Positions 24,444 to 37,336 of a stretch of 60,000 nt of DNA are shown piece by piece (within the stretch, counting starts at the first letter, position 1; every line of letters starts with the position of its first letter). The stretch comes from Malacoraja senta (lineage: Eukaryota), in the NCBI GenBank assembly GCA_038087875.1, contig CM075989.1, positions 19,532,001-19,592,000 of the forward strand, read 5' to 3'. The notes below the pieces were generated by a model. It saw only the letters and a list, made by a program, of their open reading frames with translations, was not told the DNA's origin and did no database searches. The translations under genes and the position numbers were made by a program.

Positions 24444-25115
24444 GGGCTGGCAATGTGGTGCAGGGGTAGAGTTGCTGCCTTACAGCACCAGAGACCCCAG
24501 TTCTATCCTGACTACGGGTGCTGTCTGTACTGAGTTTGTACGTTCTCCCCGTGACCTGCGTGGGTTTTCTCCGGGTGCTCCGGTTTCCACTCACACTCCA
24601 AAGACGTCCAGGTTTGCAGGTTAATGGGCTTCGATAAATTGTATAAAATTGTCCCTAATGTGTGTAGGATAGTGTTAGTTTTCCATTTTCAAAGCCGCTG
24701 AGGAATGTCCATCCGACGCCGGAGTTCCAGCTTCACGGCAAGAGGGCCTGAAAACATCGGACTGGCTGCAAGGCCACAAATAGGCCCCGACCTCGGCTGG
24801 TCACGGAGGAAGAGGACTAAACTTTCTGGTGCCTTTCCCCACAGTGGAAAATTTTGATTCTGTTGTGGGGGGACGTTTGTGTTGAACTCTGTAATGTGTT
24901 GTGTCAATTTTTCTTTTACAATCTTTTTTCTATGGATTTACGGAAACTTATTATTTATTTTATGTAAAGCACTTTGGTTTCAACGCGAGTTGATTTAAAA
25001 CGTGCTATATAAATAAAACTTACTTACTTACTTAGAGTGCTGGGATCGCTTGTCAGTGCGGACTCGGTGGGCCAAATGGCCTGTTTCCGTGCTGTATCTC
25101 TAAACTAAACTAAAT
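24444..25115 (+). mobile_element. HE1-like V-SINE interrupted by an L2-tailed retroposon (~24680-25033)
   Basis: The SINE resumes at gtgctgggatcgct after the (ttac)n tail. Confidence 0.85.
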
Positions 25116-25489
25116 CTGCTATTGTCCTAAACTGCAATTGTTGCACTAATTTACCAGTACTTACGTATGATTATATTTATCTATAATATGATTTTACTGG
25201 ATTGTACGCAAAACAAAGAATTTCACTGTATCTAGGTACATGTGAGAATAATGTACCTATTGACTTACAATTGGAAAGGAACACGATCACATTGGCAGCA
25301 GGAACTTATACCTAAGTTTAGTTTAGTTTAATTTAGTTTAGTTTAGAGAGACAGCACGGAAACAGGCCATTTGGCCCACCAAGTGCAGGTTGACCATTGA
25401 TCATCTGGTCACGCTCATTGTATGTTATCCCACTTTCTCATCCACTCCCTACACCATAGAGGCAATTTACAAAGGCCAACTAACCTACA

Positions 25490-26135
25490 CTTATCCTGGA
25501 CCAGACACAATGGAGCAATGACCAAGAAAGCACACCAGCGCCCCTACTTCCTTGAGAAGGCTTTGGAAGTTCAGCATGTCCCCAACAACTCTCACCATCT
25601 TCTACAGATGCGCCGTAGAAAGCATTTTATTGGGGTGCATGACAGCATGGTTTGGGAACAGCTCCATCCAAGGCCGCAAGAAATTGCAGAGAATTGTGAA
25701 TGCAGCCCAGACCGTCACGCAAACCAGCCTCCCTTCTGTTGACTCCATCTACACCTCACGCTGCCTCGGCAAGGCCAGCAGCATAATCAAGGACGAGTCG
25801 CATCCCGGCCACTCCCTCTTCTCCCCTCTCCCATCAGGCAAGTGTGAAAACGCTCACCTCCAGATTTAGAGATTTCTTCCCAGCTGTTATCAGTCTACTG
25901 AAGCATCCTACCAACAAGAACGCGGTCGGTCCTGAGCTACCATCTACCTCATTGAAGACCCTGAGACTAACTTTAATTGGACTTTGTCTTACACTAAACG
26001 TTATTCCTTTTATCATGTATGTACACTGTCGACGGCTCGATCGTAATCATGTATAGTCTTTCTGCTGGCTGGTTTAGCATGCAACAAAAAGCTTTTCACT
26101 GTACCTTGGTACTCGTGACAATAAACTAAACTAAA
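25490..26135 (+). mobile_element. Rex1/Babar 3' fragment
   Basis: FYRCAVESILLGCMTAWFGNSS...IIKDESHPGHSLFSPLPSG; (taaac)n tail. Confidence 0.88.
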
Positions 26136-26162
26136 CTTAACCACAGTTAGAATACAGATCTC

Positions 26163-26441
26163 TCCTCTTTCTCTTTCTCTTTCTTTTCTAGGGTCTATTT
26201 CTTAACTCTTTTTCTTTTGTTTTTAATTTTGTTCTTATAGGGTCTTCGTCCTTTTTTGTTGTCACATTTTCTACACTCTCACTTTTTCCTTCACTTTCTT
26301 CTTTCTTTCAATCTTTTCCTTTTCTAGTGTAAAAAATAAATGGAGTACATTAATTGTAAGAAGACATAAGTGACGAGTACTAATGTATGTGGTTGTAATG
26401 TAATGTACTTCTAATAAATAAAAATTTAAAAAAAAGAAAAA
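26163..26441 (+). mobile_element. 5'-truncated L1 (3' UTR only)
   Basis: 14-bp TSD agaatacagatctc (26149-26162, 26442-26455); A-rich tail; same 3' UTR as the 44148-47234 element. Confidence 0.88.
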
Positions 26442-26784
26442 AGAATACAGATCTCAGCATTATAGCGTAATAGTTCTATGGACAAAGTACAGTCCACAAT
26501 GGGGTAGATGTGAATCTGAGAGTGTCATAGCTTATGGAAGGACTGTTCAGAACTGATAACAGAGGGAAAGAAGCTGTCTCTGAATCTGGAACAGCTTCTT
26601 CTCATCAACCATCAGACTGTTGAACACTACACAATACTATTATGAACTTCTTGGGTTGCACTAAGGGCTTTTATTTGGATTGGCATCATGGTTATTAACT
26701 TATTCAATTGGACGAGTTGGGCCAAAGGGCCTGTTTCTGCACTATATGATGTTAAGCCTCGAAATGCATCAGATTCAATATATC

Positions 26785-27082
26785 TTTAGTTCAGTTTAGT
26801 TTAGAGATACTGTGCCCAAAACAGGCCCTTCGGCCCACCGAGTCAGTGTCGACCAGCGATCCCCGAACACTTACACTATCCTACACACACAAGGGACAAT
26901 TTCCTATGTAAAACGAAGCCAATTAACTTACAGACATGTAGGTGTTTGCAGTGTGGGAGGAAGTTGGAGTTCCCGGAGAAAACCCATGCAGGCCATAAGG
27001 AGAACGTACAAACTCCGTACAGACAGCACCCGTGGTCAGGATCCAACCTGGGTCTCTGGCGCCGTAAGGCAGCAGCTCTACC
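26785..27082 (-). mobile_element. HE1-like V-SINE
   Basis: V-domain and tail on the minus strand. Confidence 0.85.
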
Positions 27083-28522
27083 TCAGCTTGAAAGATTTTA
27101 AGATAATACCACTGGTGGCAATGATCTTTCTGCTGATTGAAGTGTCCTGGTATTTGTAAAGAATACATAGCATATCGGTCGAACATTAACTGTGAAGGTT
27201 AACATGAAGGCACAAAGATATTGAAACCCACCAAGGTGGACCTTTCCCCTGTGCTGAGACCCATGCCTTTGACCATCGTGTGTGTGAAGTTGGTCCCGCT
27301 TGAAGCTCAACCCGCTGGTGAGTTTGCAGAGACCTGCAGTTGGGAAGACCTGTACTCTCCAGGACTGTTGGCTGGCATGGACGGGTTGGGCCGAAGGGCC
27401 TGTTTCCACACTGTAAGTCTCTGTGACTCTGAATGGTAGCTTTACGGAATCCAGCCAAGTTGAGTCCAATGGATGCAGTAGGCTGTTCAGGTGGTCATGG
27501 GCCAAGATCCAGGGCTCTTAGCGTTTGCCATGGATTGAATGCCCATATCAAAAACATGGTCATCCCCCTTTTATAACAGGTAATTTCTGAGAGCAACGAT
27601 AACATTGAATGAAGGCATGCTGCCTTCACTTCACATTTCAAAACTGAGTTGACACGTCCATGAAAAGAAGAGAGAAGCATGCATCTCAAAGGGTGTCATT
27701 TTGTGACTGAAGGTTACCAAAGTCTCCCTAAAGGGTTAAACAACAACACTGAATGTGGCACTGCGAGAGGGGAGGAGGGAGGAAAGGGCAAGTGAAGAGA
27801 AGAACGGGAACAGTATTGATCAGTGAACCAATAATCAAATATGGGCTTCTTGTAATCTATCACCATAATTTGTAATGATTACAAGCCTCTCCCTAACATG
27901 ATTATTAGGAGTCAGACCAGCCATAAATTCAGTCGCTGGGACTGCTCCCTTTGTCTTGCTACATGAGAGCTAAAAATAATCCAGCGGTAAAATTTAAAAC
28001 TAAACGCGCCAGGTGCCCAGGGTGTATGAAGCGTGTGCTGTGTGGCCGTCTTAGAATTGAAGCATGTAGAGTGACCTTTGCAAATCATAACTAGCAGCTC
28101 TCCCCGGCAAGAATATTGCTCGATCAGTTGTGAAAGGAATAATCGGATTTGTAGGGATGCCGGCCAAACAGATGGACAGGGAAGTGCGCACTGAGTGGGG
28201 GGTTGGGAAGAGAGCCATGTATCTCAATCTTTAAACCCAGTTAAATAAATGACCCTTTCAATGGGTTGTACATTTGTTACAGCCATTTGCTTACCGATAG
28301 GCAGGCCAGACGTTTAAGATGGAAGGAATTTATTTTCAGCACTGTACATGGGAGATGAGCATGAATCTATAGAAATTGTGTGTGCTATTTGCTAACGATA
28401 AAATAAACGGAATAGTATACTGCTCGGGGAAACTGGGGCCTTGTTTTTGTAAAGCTATGTTTATTGGCACCTGGTCAAAAAAAGAAATGGTGCATTATTA
28501 TCACAATGTGAGCCATACAATA

Positions 28523-29167
28523 TGGGTGGCACAGTGGCGCAGCGGTAGAATTGCTGCCTTACAGCGCCAGAGACCCGGGTTCGATCCTGACCACGGGTGC
28601 TTGGCTGTCTGGAGTTTGTACTTTCCCCCGTGACCTGTGTGGGTTTTCTCCGGGAACTCCAGTTTCCTCCTGCACTCCAAAGACGTGCAGGCTTGTAGGG
28701 TACTTGATGCGGTATAATTATAAATTGTCCCTATGTAAAATGTCAACATAACATCCCCACTTTGATATCCTCTGCCTCTACCACTGAAAGCAAGCATGCC
28801 TTTTGCCTTCTTCACCCACTGCACTAATTTGGGCGACAGGGTGACTCAACTGGTAGAGTTGCTGCCTTACAGCACCACAGGCCCGGGTTACATCCTGACT
28901 ATGGGAGTGCTTGTCTGTACGGAGTTTGAACGTTCTCCCCGTGACCACATGCGTTTCCTCCAGGTCCTCCAGGTGCTCCGGTCTCCTCCCACATCCCAAA
29001 GGCATGCAGGTTTGTAGGTTAATTGGCCACTCTAAATTGCCCCGAATTTGTGAGGAGTATATGAGAAAGTGGGGTTAACTTAGAGCTAGAGTGAACAGGT
29101 GCTCAATGGTCGGACTCTCTGGGCGGATGGGCATGTTTCCATGCTGCATCTCTAAACAAACAAAATT
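28523..29167 (+). mobile_element. Two HE1-like V-SINEs (28523-28735, 28830-29167)
   Basis: Two tRNA heads and two V-domains. Confidence 0.8.
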
Positions 29168-29381
29168 AACACATGATAGCAGTAACTATCAACGACTAGA
29201 TTTGTGCGACCAGCTCAGAGTGACGTTTACAAATCTGAATTACACTTTGCAACACACCTTGGCTAAACAAGCAGTTTTCTAAGCAAGATAACCTATTCTT
29301 GTTTCTGTGACTGAATCAGTCTGAAGAAGGATCCTGACCTGAAATGTCGCCAGTTCATTTCCTCCACAGATAGACTTCACA

Positions 29382-29657
29382 CTTTAGACTTTTGGAACCT
29401 GGCCCTTCAGCCCACCGAGTCTGCACTGATCAGTTAACCCCTTACACTGGCACTATCCCACACACCAGGGACAATTTACAATCTCTATCGAGGCCAATTG
29501 ACCTATAAACTTGCACATCTTTGGAATGTGGGAGGAAACTGGAGAAAACCCACGCGATCCCAGGGAGAACGTAAAAACTCCGTACAATCAGTACCCGTCG
29601 TCGGGATCGAACCCGGGTCTCTGGTGCTGTAAGGTCAGCAACTCTACCGCTGCGCCC
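29382..29657 (-). mobile_element. HE1-like V-SINE
   Basis: Reverse-complement head and V-domain. Confidence 0.8.
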
Positions 29658-30210
29658 TAGTGAGACCACATCTGGAGTATTGTGTGCAGTTTTGGTCTCC
29701 AAATTTGAGGAAAGACATTCTTGCTATTGAGGGAGTGCAGCGTAGGTTCACGAGGTTAATTTCCGGGATGGCGGGACTGTCATATGCTGAGAGAATGGAG
29801 CAACTGGGCTTGTATACACTGGAATTTAGAAGGATGAGAGGGTATCTTATTGAAACATATAAGATTATTAAGGGATTGGAAACATTTTCCTGATGTTGGG
29901 GAGTCCAGAACCAGGGGCCACAGTTTGAGAATAAGGGGTAGGCCATTTAGAACGGAGATGAGGAAAAACTTGTTCACCCAAAGAGTTGTGAATCTGTGGA
30001 ATTCTCTGCCTCAGAAGGCAGTGGAGGCCAATTCTCTGGATGCTTTCAAGAGAGAGTTAGATAGAGCTCTTAAAGATAGCGGAGTCATAGGATATGGGGA
30101 GAAGGCAGGAACGGGGTGCTGATTGTGGATGATCAGCCATTATCACAGTGAATGGCAATTGGTCGAATGGCCTACTCCTGCACCTATTGTCTATTGTCTA
30201 TTGTCTATTG
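29655..30210 (+). mobile_element. CR1 3' fragment with (tattgtc)n tail
   Basis: RPHLEYCVQFWSP...EGVQRRFTRLI; QRVVNLWNSLP. Confidence 0.9.
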
Positions 30211-31214
30211 CTGCACCACTATGCCGCTCTGCCTGATCCACTGAGTTCCTCCAGTACTTTGTGTTGTGCAGCAGTTTCCAGCGTTTGCAATCTCTCGTGT
30301 GTTTCCTGTGCTCAGCGTTTGGCCTTCAAGCTTCTAATCATCAATTGAGAAAGTAACATCAGACAAGACCCAGCCAATAGTCACACTGATCTCTGCTTCT
30401 TTAGCTGAACCAGGACAGATACTTTAACCTTGAGATGTTACACACACACACACTATGTTATTCATCATACACGCAAGAGTCTTTTATGGCTCAGATTGAA
30501 AAGAAAAAACTGTAATAAAAAGGAACTGGAGATGCTGGTTTATAACAAAGATAGACACAAAATGCTGGAATAACTCAGTGGGTCAGGCAGCATCACTGGA
30601 GAACATGGAGAGGTGATGTTTCGGGTTTTGGAATTTGAAATTTGGTGAAAGGGTCCCAATCCGAAACGTCACCCATCCTATTTCTCCAGAGATGCTGCTT
30701 GACGCTCTAGGTTATTCCAGTATTTTGTGTCCACCATTGAAAAGAGGAACCTTCCATTAGCAGCATGCTGTTCAAACCAGCCCCTAGTTTTAAATATGAG
30801 TCTTCTCAATTATACTGCGGGCATTGCAAGCTAGTTTCCGGCAGTGAGATTTAGAATGATGTGAATCTTACATCAACTTTGGGACTATTGATGGCTTGAT
30901 AATTTGCAGCATAAAAGTCAATATATGTACACTTAATCTAAGACCTGGGGCAAAATTGGATTCTGCAGCACCTGTTCTTCAGGTACTGTGAGAGTCTTTT
31001 AAGGTTCAAGCAACTGTGGAATGTCCCCACAATTACTGACCATGCTCTGTCACTTGTGTCATAGTGAGGACAATTGAGTTTGCACAGTGAATGGCTCACA
31101 GGACACCTCGAGGATTAAAAGCCAGTTCAAAATTACTCGGGTGATTTAGGATTCCAGGCAGATTGTGATTTCTTTATGTGATTCCAGTGCGGTGATTTTG
31201 AATCTCAACAGTCC

Positions 31215-31519
31215 AGTTTAGTTTAGATACAGCACAGAAACAATCCCTTAAGCCCACCGGGTCCGCGCCGACCAGCGATCAGAACGTACACTAACACTTT
31301 CCTACACACTAGGGACAATTTACAATTTTTACCAAGCCAATTATCGTACAAATCTGTACGTCTTTGGAGTGTGGGAGGATACTGGAGCACGCAGAGAAAA
31401 CGCATACGGTCACAGGGAGAACGTGCATACTTCGTACAGACAGCAGCTGGAGTCAGGATTGAACCCGGGTCTCTGGCGCTGTGAGGCAATGACTCTATCG
31501 TTGCGCCACCGTGCTGCCC
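31215..31519 (-). mobile_element. HE1-like V-SINE
   Basis: Full head-to-tail match. Confidence 0.85.
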
Positions 31520-31741
31520 AGTTGATGCTCTCTCTGCCAAACACCTGCAGGAAAACATAAGGGAGCCTCCATCATGCACCTCAATGCCCATCATTACCTC
31601 ACCATCACCCTGTCAGTACCCACCACTACTGCCCATCTATCACCTGCCCACTACACCATAACTGACCCTCTATCACCCTCAAAGCCCATCTCTACTCTCC
31701 ACCAACACCCTCTACAATGCCTACCTCTACCCAGTGTGTTA

Positions 31742-32269
31742 AAGGCCTGTCTCACGGGTTTGCAGTCATTGGCGGTGAAACAGGAAGTTTCTACCGCTCG
31801 TGGACCGCCAGAGACCGCGGGGTCGGTCCAACGCACACCGCAGGGGCCGTGCGGTGTTGATCCCAACACCGCACGGTGCTCACAAAAAACCAACAATGTC
31901 GAAAAAACTATTCCTACCGCACAGCCGCCGCCAGTGAGGCACGAGTGCGGCACGGGCACCGCCACAGCCGCCGCCAGTGCGGCACAAGCGCCGTGAGTCG
32001 AACTTTCACCGCCACAGCCGCCGCCACAGCGCCGCGAGCAGCACTACCGCCGCCACAGCCCCGCGATCCGAAATGATGTCATCGCGTAGCGCGTCGAGTT
32101 GCACGATGTCGTCATTACCCGACGCCGCAAGCTCGTGGAACCGGCCGTACGGAGATCACTCGGCCCCCGCGCAGCATCTGTGCGGCGCTCTCGTGGTTGC
32201 CGTGCGGTCCCCTCTTCCGGCGACACCGCGCTTCACCGCCAATGACCGCAAACACGTGAGTCAGAGCCT
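31742..32269. mobile_element. GC-rich PIF/Harbinger-type MITE
   Basis: TTA on both flanks; ~38-bp imperfect TIRs aaggcctgtctcacgggtttgcagtcattggcggtgaa / ttcaccgccaatgaccgcaaacacgtgagtcagagcct. Confidence 0.8.
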
Positions 32270-32306
32270 TTAGTAGCTCTATCTCTACTCCTCTGGCCGT
32301 GTGTAA

Positions 32307-32664
32307 AGGGCCTGTCCCACTGTACGATGGTAATTCAAGAGTTGTCCCGAGTTTTCCCCTGATTCGATCTCGGAGAATGTCCGTAGCGAGTCCGTAGGAG
32401 TTCGTGGATGTCTCGTAGCGGCTCGTCCGAGTAAAAAGTAACTATTTTTTTCATCACGAGTATTTTTTTACTCGTGGACATTTTTCACAGAGTTGAAAAA
32501 ACGTCACGAGTTTACTAGATTTCCCGAGTACCTACCGTTACTCGTACAAGCCGCTACGGGACATTCACGAACTCCTACGGACCCGCTACGGACATTCTCC
32601 GAGTTCGAATCAGGGGAAAACTCGGGAGAACTCTTGAATTACCTCGTACAGTGGGACAGGCCCT
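32307..32664. mobile_element. PIF/Harbinger-type MITE with ~125-bp TIRs
   Basis: TAA TSD (32304-32306, 32665-32667); agggcctgtcccactgtacga...tcgtacagtgggacaggccct; same family as 20448-20767. Confidence 0.9.
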
Positions 32665-32895
32665 TAAGGGCATCATTCATGAAGGTTGATATATCCTCCC
32701 CAGCCGTTGCTCCAAGTCTACTGGTCCCAGTCCCTACAGAAGTTGGCTCATGTTGCACAGACCTACAGGGAGCAGCGTACAGATGCAGATGGACATTATC
32801 GTGGATTTGGGCTCATAGAAGATCCAACAGTACAGCACAGGAGCAGGCCCTTCGGCCCAACGTGCCTGCGCTGAACAAGATGGCAAGTTAAACTA

Positions 32896-33200
32896 AGGCG
32901 TGGCACGGCGGCACAGCGGTAGAGTTGCTGCTTTACAGTGCCAGAGACCCGGGTTTGAACCTGACTACGAGTGCTGCCTATGCAGTGTTTAAACCCTGTG
33001 ACCACGTGGGTTTTCTCCAAATACCCCGGTTTCCGACCACACTCCAAAGACATGCAGGTTTGTAGGTTAATTGGCTTCGATACAGATTGTAAATTGTCCC
33101 CAGTGTGTGTAGGATAGTGCTGGTGTACGGGGATGGCTGGTCGGCGCCGACTCGGTGGGCCGAAGAACCTGTTTTTACATTGTATCTCTAAACAAACTAA
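32896..33200 (+). mobile_element. HE1-like V-SINE
   Basis: Head, V-domain remnant and tail. Confidence 0.82.
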
Positions 33201-33477
33201 CATCCTCTGCCTGCACATAATCCATATCTCTCCATTCCCTGAACATCCATGTGCCTATGGAAAAACCTCTTAAACATCACTATCTGCCTCCACCACCACC
33301 CCTGGCAGTGCATTCCAGGCACCCAACATCCTTTGTGTGAAAAACTTGCTCCGTACATCACCTTTTAACTTTGCCCCTCTCTCCTAAAAGCTATGTTGTC
33401 TAGACTTTGACATCTCTAACCTAGGAGAAAGGTCTTGACTGTCTACCATATATCTGCCTCTCATAATTTTATGTACT

Positions 33478-34082
33478 TAGAAACATGGAAACATAGAAAA
33501 TATGTGCAGGAGGAGGCCATTCGGCCCTTCGAGCCAGCATCGCCATTCAATGTGATCATGGCTGATCGTCCCCAATCAATAACCCGTGCCTGCCTTCTCC
33601 CCATATCCCTTGATTCCACTAGCCCCTAGAGCTCTATCTAACTCGCTCTTAAATCCATCCAGTGACTTGGCCTCCACTGCCCTCTGTGACAGGGAATTCC
33701 ACAAATTCACAACTCTCTGGGTGAAAAAGTTTTTTCTCACCTCAGTCTTAAATGGCCTCCCCTTTATTCTAAGACTGTGGCCCCTGGTTCTGGACTCGAC
33801 CAACATTGGGAACATTTTTCCTCCATCTAGCTTGTCCAGTCCTTTTATAATTTTATATGTTTCTATAAGATTTCCCCTCATCCTTCTAAACTCCAGTGAA
33901 TACAAGCCTGGTCTTTTCAATCTTTCCTCATATGACAGTCCCGCCATCCCAGGGATCAATCTCGTGAACCTACGCTGCACTGCCTCAATCACAAGGATGT
34001 CCTTCCTCAAATTAGGAGACCAAAACTGTACGCAATACTCCAGATGTGGTCTCACCATAGCCCTATGCAACTGCAGAAGAAC
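33478..34082 (-). mobile_element. CR1 3' fragment
   Basis: ORF 33576-34070 encodes the CR1 RT C-terminus; (tttctatg)-type tail. Confidence 0.92.
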
Positions 34083-34364
34083 CAGTTGTTTCCAGACATA
34101 TCAGCATTTGTGGTCACAATGTAACCTGACTGGGGAACTGCAGGAAGAGGGGGGTATAATCAAGGAGAATATTTGGTGAGTGGGGTATATGGAAAGCAGG
34201 ATACTTGCTCTCGGTATTTTCCCAGTGATGATCAATACCGCACTTGGAAGATTGTGTTCTGTTTTGGTCGCCCCACTATAGGAAAGATGCCATTAAGCTG
34301 GTAAGGGTGCAGAGAAGATTTACTTTTCTTTTTGCAACCTAATCAACAATGTCAGGATTAAGAA

Positions 34365-34938
34365 GTTTAGAGTTTCGAGAGATACAGCGTGGAAACAGAC
34401 CCGTTGGCCCAGCGAATCCATGCCGACCATTGGTCACCCGTTCACACTAGTTCTATGTTATCCCACTTTCACATCCACTCCCTACACACTAGGGCCAATT
34501 ACCTTACAAGCCTGCATGTCTTTGGAGAGTACAGGAGTAGGCCATTCGGCCCTTCGAGCCAGCACCGCCATTCAATGTGATCATGGCTGATCATCCACAA
34601 TCAGTACCCCGTTTCTGCCTTCTCCCCATAATCCCCCGACTCTGCTATCTTTAAGAGCCCTATCTAGCTCTCTCTTGAAAGTATCCAGAGAACCGGCCTA
34701 CACCGCCCTCTGAGGCAGAGAATTCTACAGACTCACAACTCTCTGTGTGAAAAAGTGTTTCCTCATCTCTGTTCTAAATGGCCGACCCCTTGTGGGAGGA
34801 AACTGGAGCACCCACGTGGTTCCAGCACAGTACAGACAGACAGTACAGACAGACTCCGTACAGACAGCACCCGTAGTCAGGATCGAATCTGGGTCTCTGG
34901 CACTTTGAGGCAGCAAGTCTACCGCTGTGTCACTGTGC
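34365..34938 (-). mobile_element. HE1-like SINE interrupted by a CR1 3' end (~34530-34787)
   Basis: SINE halves flank a CR1 3' segment encoding RPFRTEMRKHFFTQRVV. Confidence 0.75.
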
Positions 34939-35585
34939 ACATCTTTAGATGAACAAATAAAATGCATCAGTCCACAGTACGATAGTGGGCACACTTCATG
35001 ATCCCTGGGTGCAATTTAAGGGGCTTTACAATGCAGTACCGGCATGCCTTCCATCAATGGCTTACCGGGAGGGCACCACGAGGATTTAAAGCCTGCTCAA
35101 AGCTACTTGTGTGAAGAAATACATTGTTAATCTGGACTGCTCTTGAAGTCAGAGAACATGGCAGCTCTTCTGTTTAACAAAGCCATTTTTACTTTATTCC
35201 CTAACTCACACGGAGTACATTTTTCATCAACTCCCCAGGGTGCAATAAACCCTTTGAAGCCTGCAGTAGGACTGGTATACCACGAAGCATCCATGATGCT
35301 CGCCAACATTTCCCTCCTCTTCTGGATGGTCAAATGAAAAGGTCATTAAGGAACTATCCACAACAAAAACTGCGTCAAATATGGTGTATATATGACTGGA
35401 GAACGATTCAGATGTTTGGATTTTAAACCTTTGTAGATAGGCTCAGCGATGCTTCAATCTGTGCTGTTATCGTTAATGCAGCACAAAAATAAGAAAGGGA
35501 ATTTTGTATTACATCCCTAAGCCCACATTTCAAAACAAGCACTCACTTTCTTTCACATTTGTTTCCACAAAAGAAATATTTCAAT

Positions 35586-37136
35586 CATACATAGATACAT
35601 AGAAATTAGGTGCAGGAGTAGGCCATTCGGCCCTTCGAGCCTGCACCGCCATTCAATACGATCATGGCTGATCATCCAACTCAGTATCCCGTACCTGCCT
35701 TCTCTCCATACCCCCTGATCCCTTTAGCCACAAGGGCCACATCTAATTCCCTCTTAAATATAGCCAATGAACTGGCCTCAACTACCCTCTGTGGCAGAGA
35801 GTTCCAGAGATTCACCACTCTCTGTGTGAAAAAGTTTTTCCTCATCTCGGTCTTAAAGGATTTTCCCCTTATCCTTAAGCTGTGACCCCTTGTCCTGGAC
35901 TTCCCCAACATCGGGAACAATCTTCCTGCATCTAGCCTGTCCAACCCCATAAGAATCTTGTACGTTTCTATAAGATCCCCTCTCAATCTCCTAAATTCTA
36001 GCGAGTATAAGCCAAGTCTATCCAGTCTTTCTTCATATGAAAGTCCTGACATCCCAGGAATCAGTCTGGTGAACCTTCTCTGCACTCCCTCTATGGCTAT
36101 AATGTCCTTCCTCAGATTTGGAGACCAAAACTGTACGCAATACTCCAGGTGTGGTCTCACCAAGACCCTGTACAACTGCAGTAGAACCTCACTGCTCCTA
36201 TACTCAAATCCTCTTGCTATGAAGGCCAACATACCATTCGCTTTCTTCACTGCCTGCTGCACCTGCATGCCTACTTTCAATGACTGGTGTACCATGACAC
36301 CCAGGTCTCGCTGCATCTCCCCATTTCCTAATCGGCCACCATTTAGATAATAGTCTGCCTTCCCGTTTTTGCTACCAAAGTGGATAACCTCACATTTATC
36401 CACATTATACTGCATCTGCCAAACATTTGCCCACTCACCCAGCCTATCCAAGTCACCTTGCAGTCTCCTAGCATCCTCCTCACAGCTAACACTGCCCCCC
36501 AGCTTAGTGTCATCCGCAAACTTGGAGATGTTGCTTTCAATTCCCTCGTCCAGATCATTAATATAAATTGTAAATAGCTGGGGTCCCAGCACTGAGCCTT
36601 GTGGTACCCCACTAGTCACTGCCTGCCATTGTGAAAAGGACCCGTTTACTCCTACTCTTTGCTTCCTGTTTGCCAGCCAGTTCTCTATCCACATCAATAC
36701 TGAACCCCCAATACCGTGTGATTTAAGTTTGTATCCTAATCTCTTATGTGGTACCTTGTCGAAAGCCTTCTGAAAGTCCAGATACAACACATCCACTGGT
36801 TCTCCCCTATCCACTCTACTAGTTACATCCTCGAAAAATTCTATAAGATTCGTCAGACACGATTTACCTTTCGTAAATCCATGCTGACTTTGTCCAATGA
36901 TTTCACCACTTTCCAAATGTGCTGCTATCCCATCTTTAATAACTGACTCTAGCAGTTTCCCCACTACCGATGTTAGACTAACTGGTCTGTAATTCCCCGT
37001 TTTCTCTCTCCCTCCCTTCTTAAAAAGTGGGGTTACGTTTGCTACCCTCCAATCCTCAGGAACTACTCCAGAATCTAAAGAGTTTTGAAAAATTATCACT
37101 AATGCATCCACTATTTCTGGAGCTACTTCCTTAAGT
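35586..37136 (-). mobile_element. Young CR1 LINE with RT frame uninterrupted up to the assembly gap
   Basis: GNYRPVSLTS, LDFQKAFDKVPH, GVPQGSVLGP and KFADD motifs; no stop between 37136 and 35681; (tctatgta)n tail. Confidence 0.95.
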
Positions 37137-37336
37137 NNNNNNNNNNNNNNNNNNNNNNNNNNNNNNNNNNNNNNNNNNNNNNNNNNNNNNNNNNNNNNNN
37201 NNNNNNNNNNNNNNNNNNNNNNNNNNNNNNNNNNNNNNNNNNNNNNNNNNNNNNNNNNNNNNNNNNNNNNNNNNNNNNNNNNNNNNNNNNNNNNNNNNNN
37301 NNNNNNNNNNNNNNNNNNNNNNNNNNNNNNNNNNNN
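37137..37336. other. Assembly gap (200 N)
   Basis: Seen directly. Confidence 1.

Noticed and set aside
33586..34179. Long antisense ORFs over CR1 (also 35958-36350, 54611-55108 and 56385-56768)
   Set aside because: These are shadow ORFs opposite LINE coding sequence, with no independent evidence.
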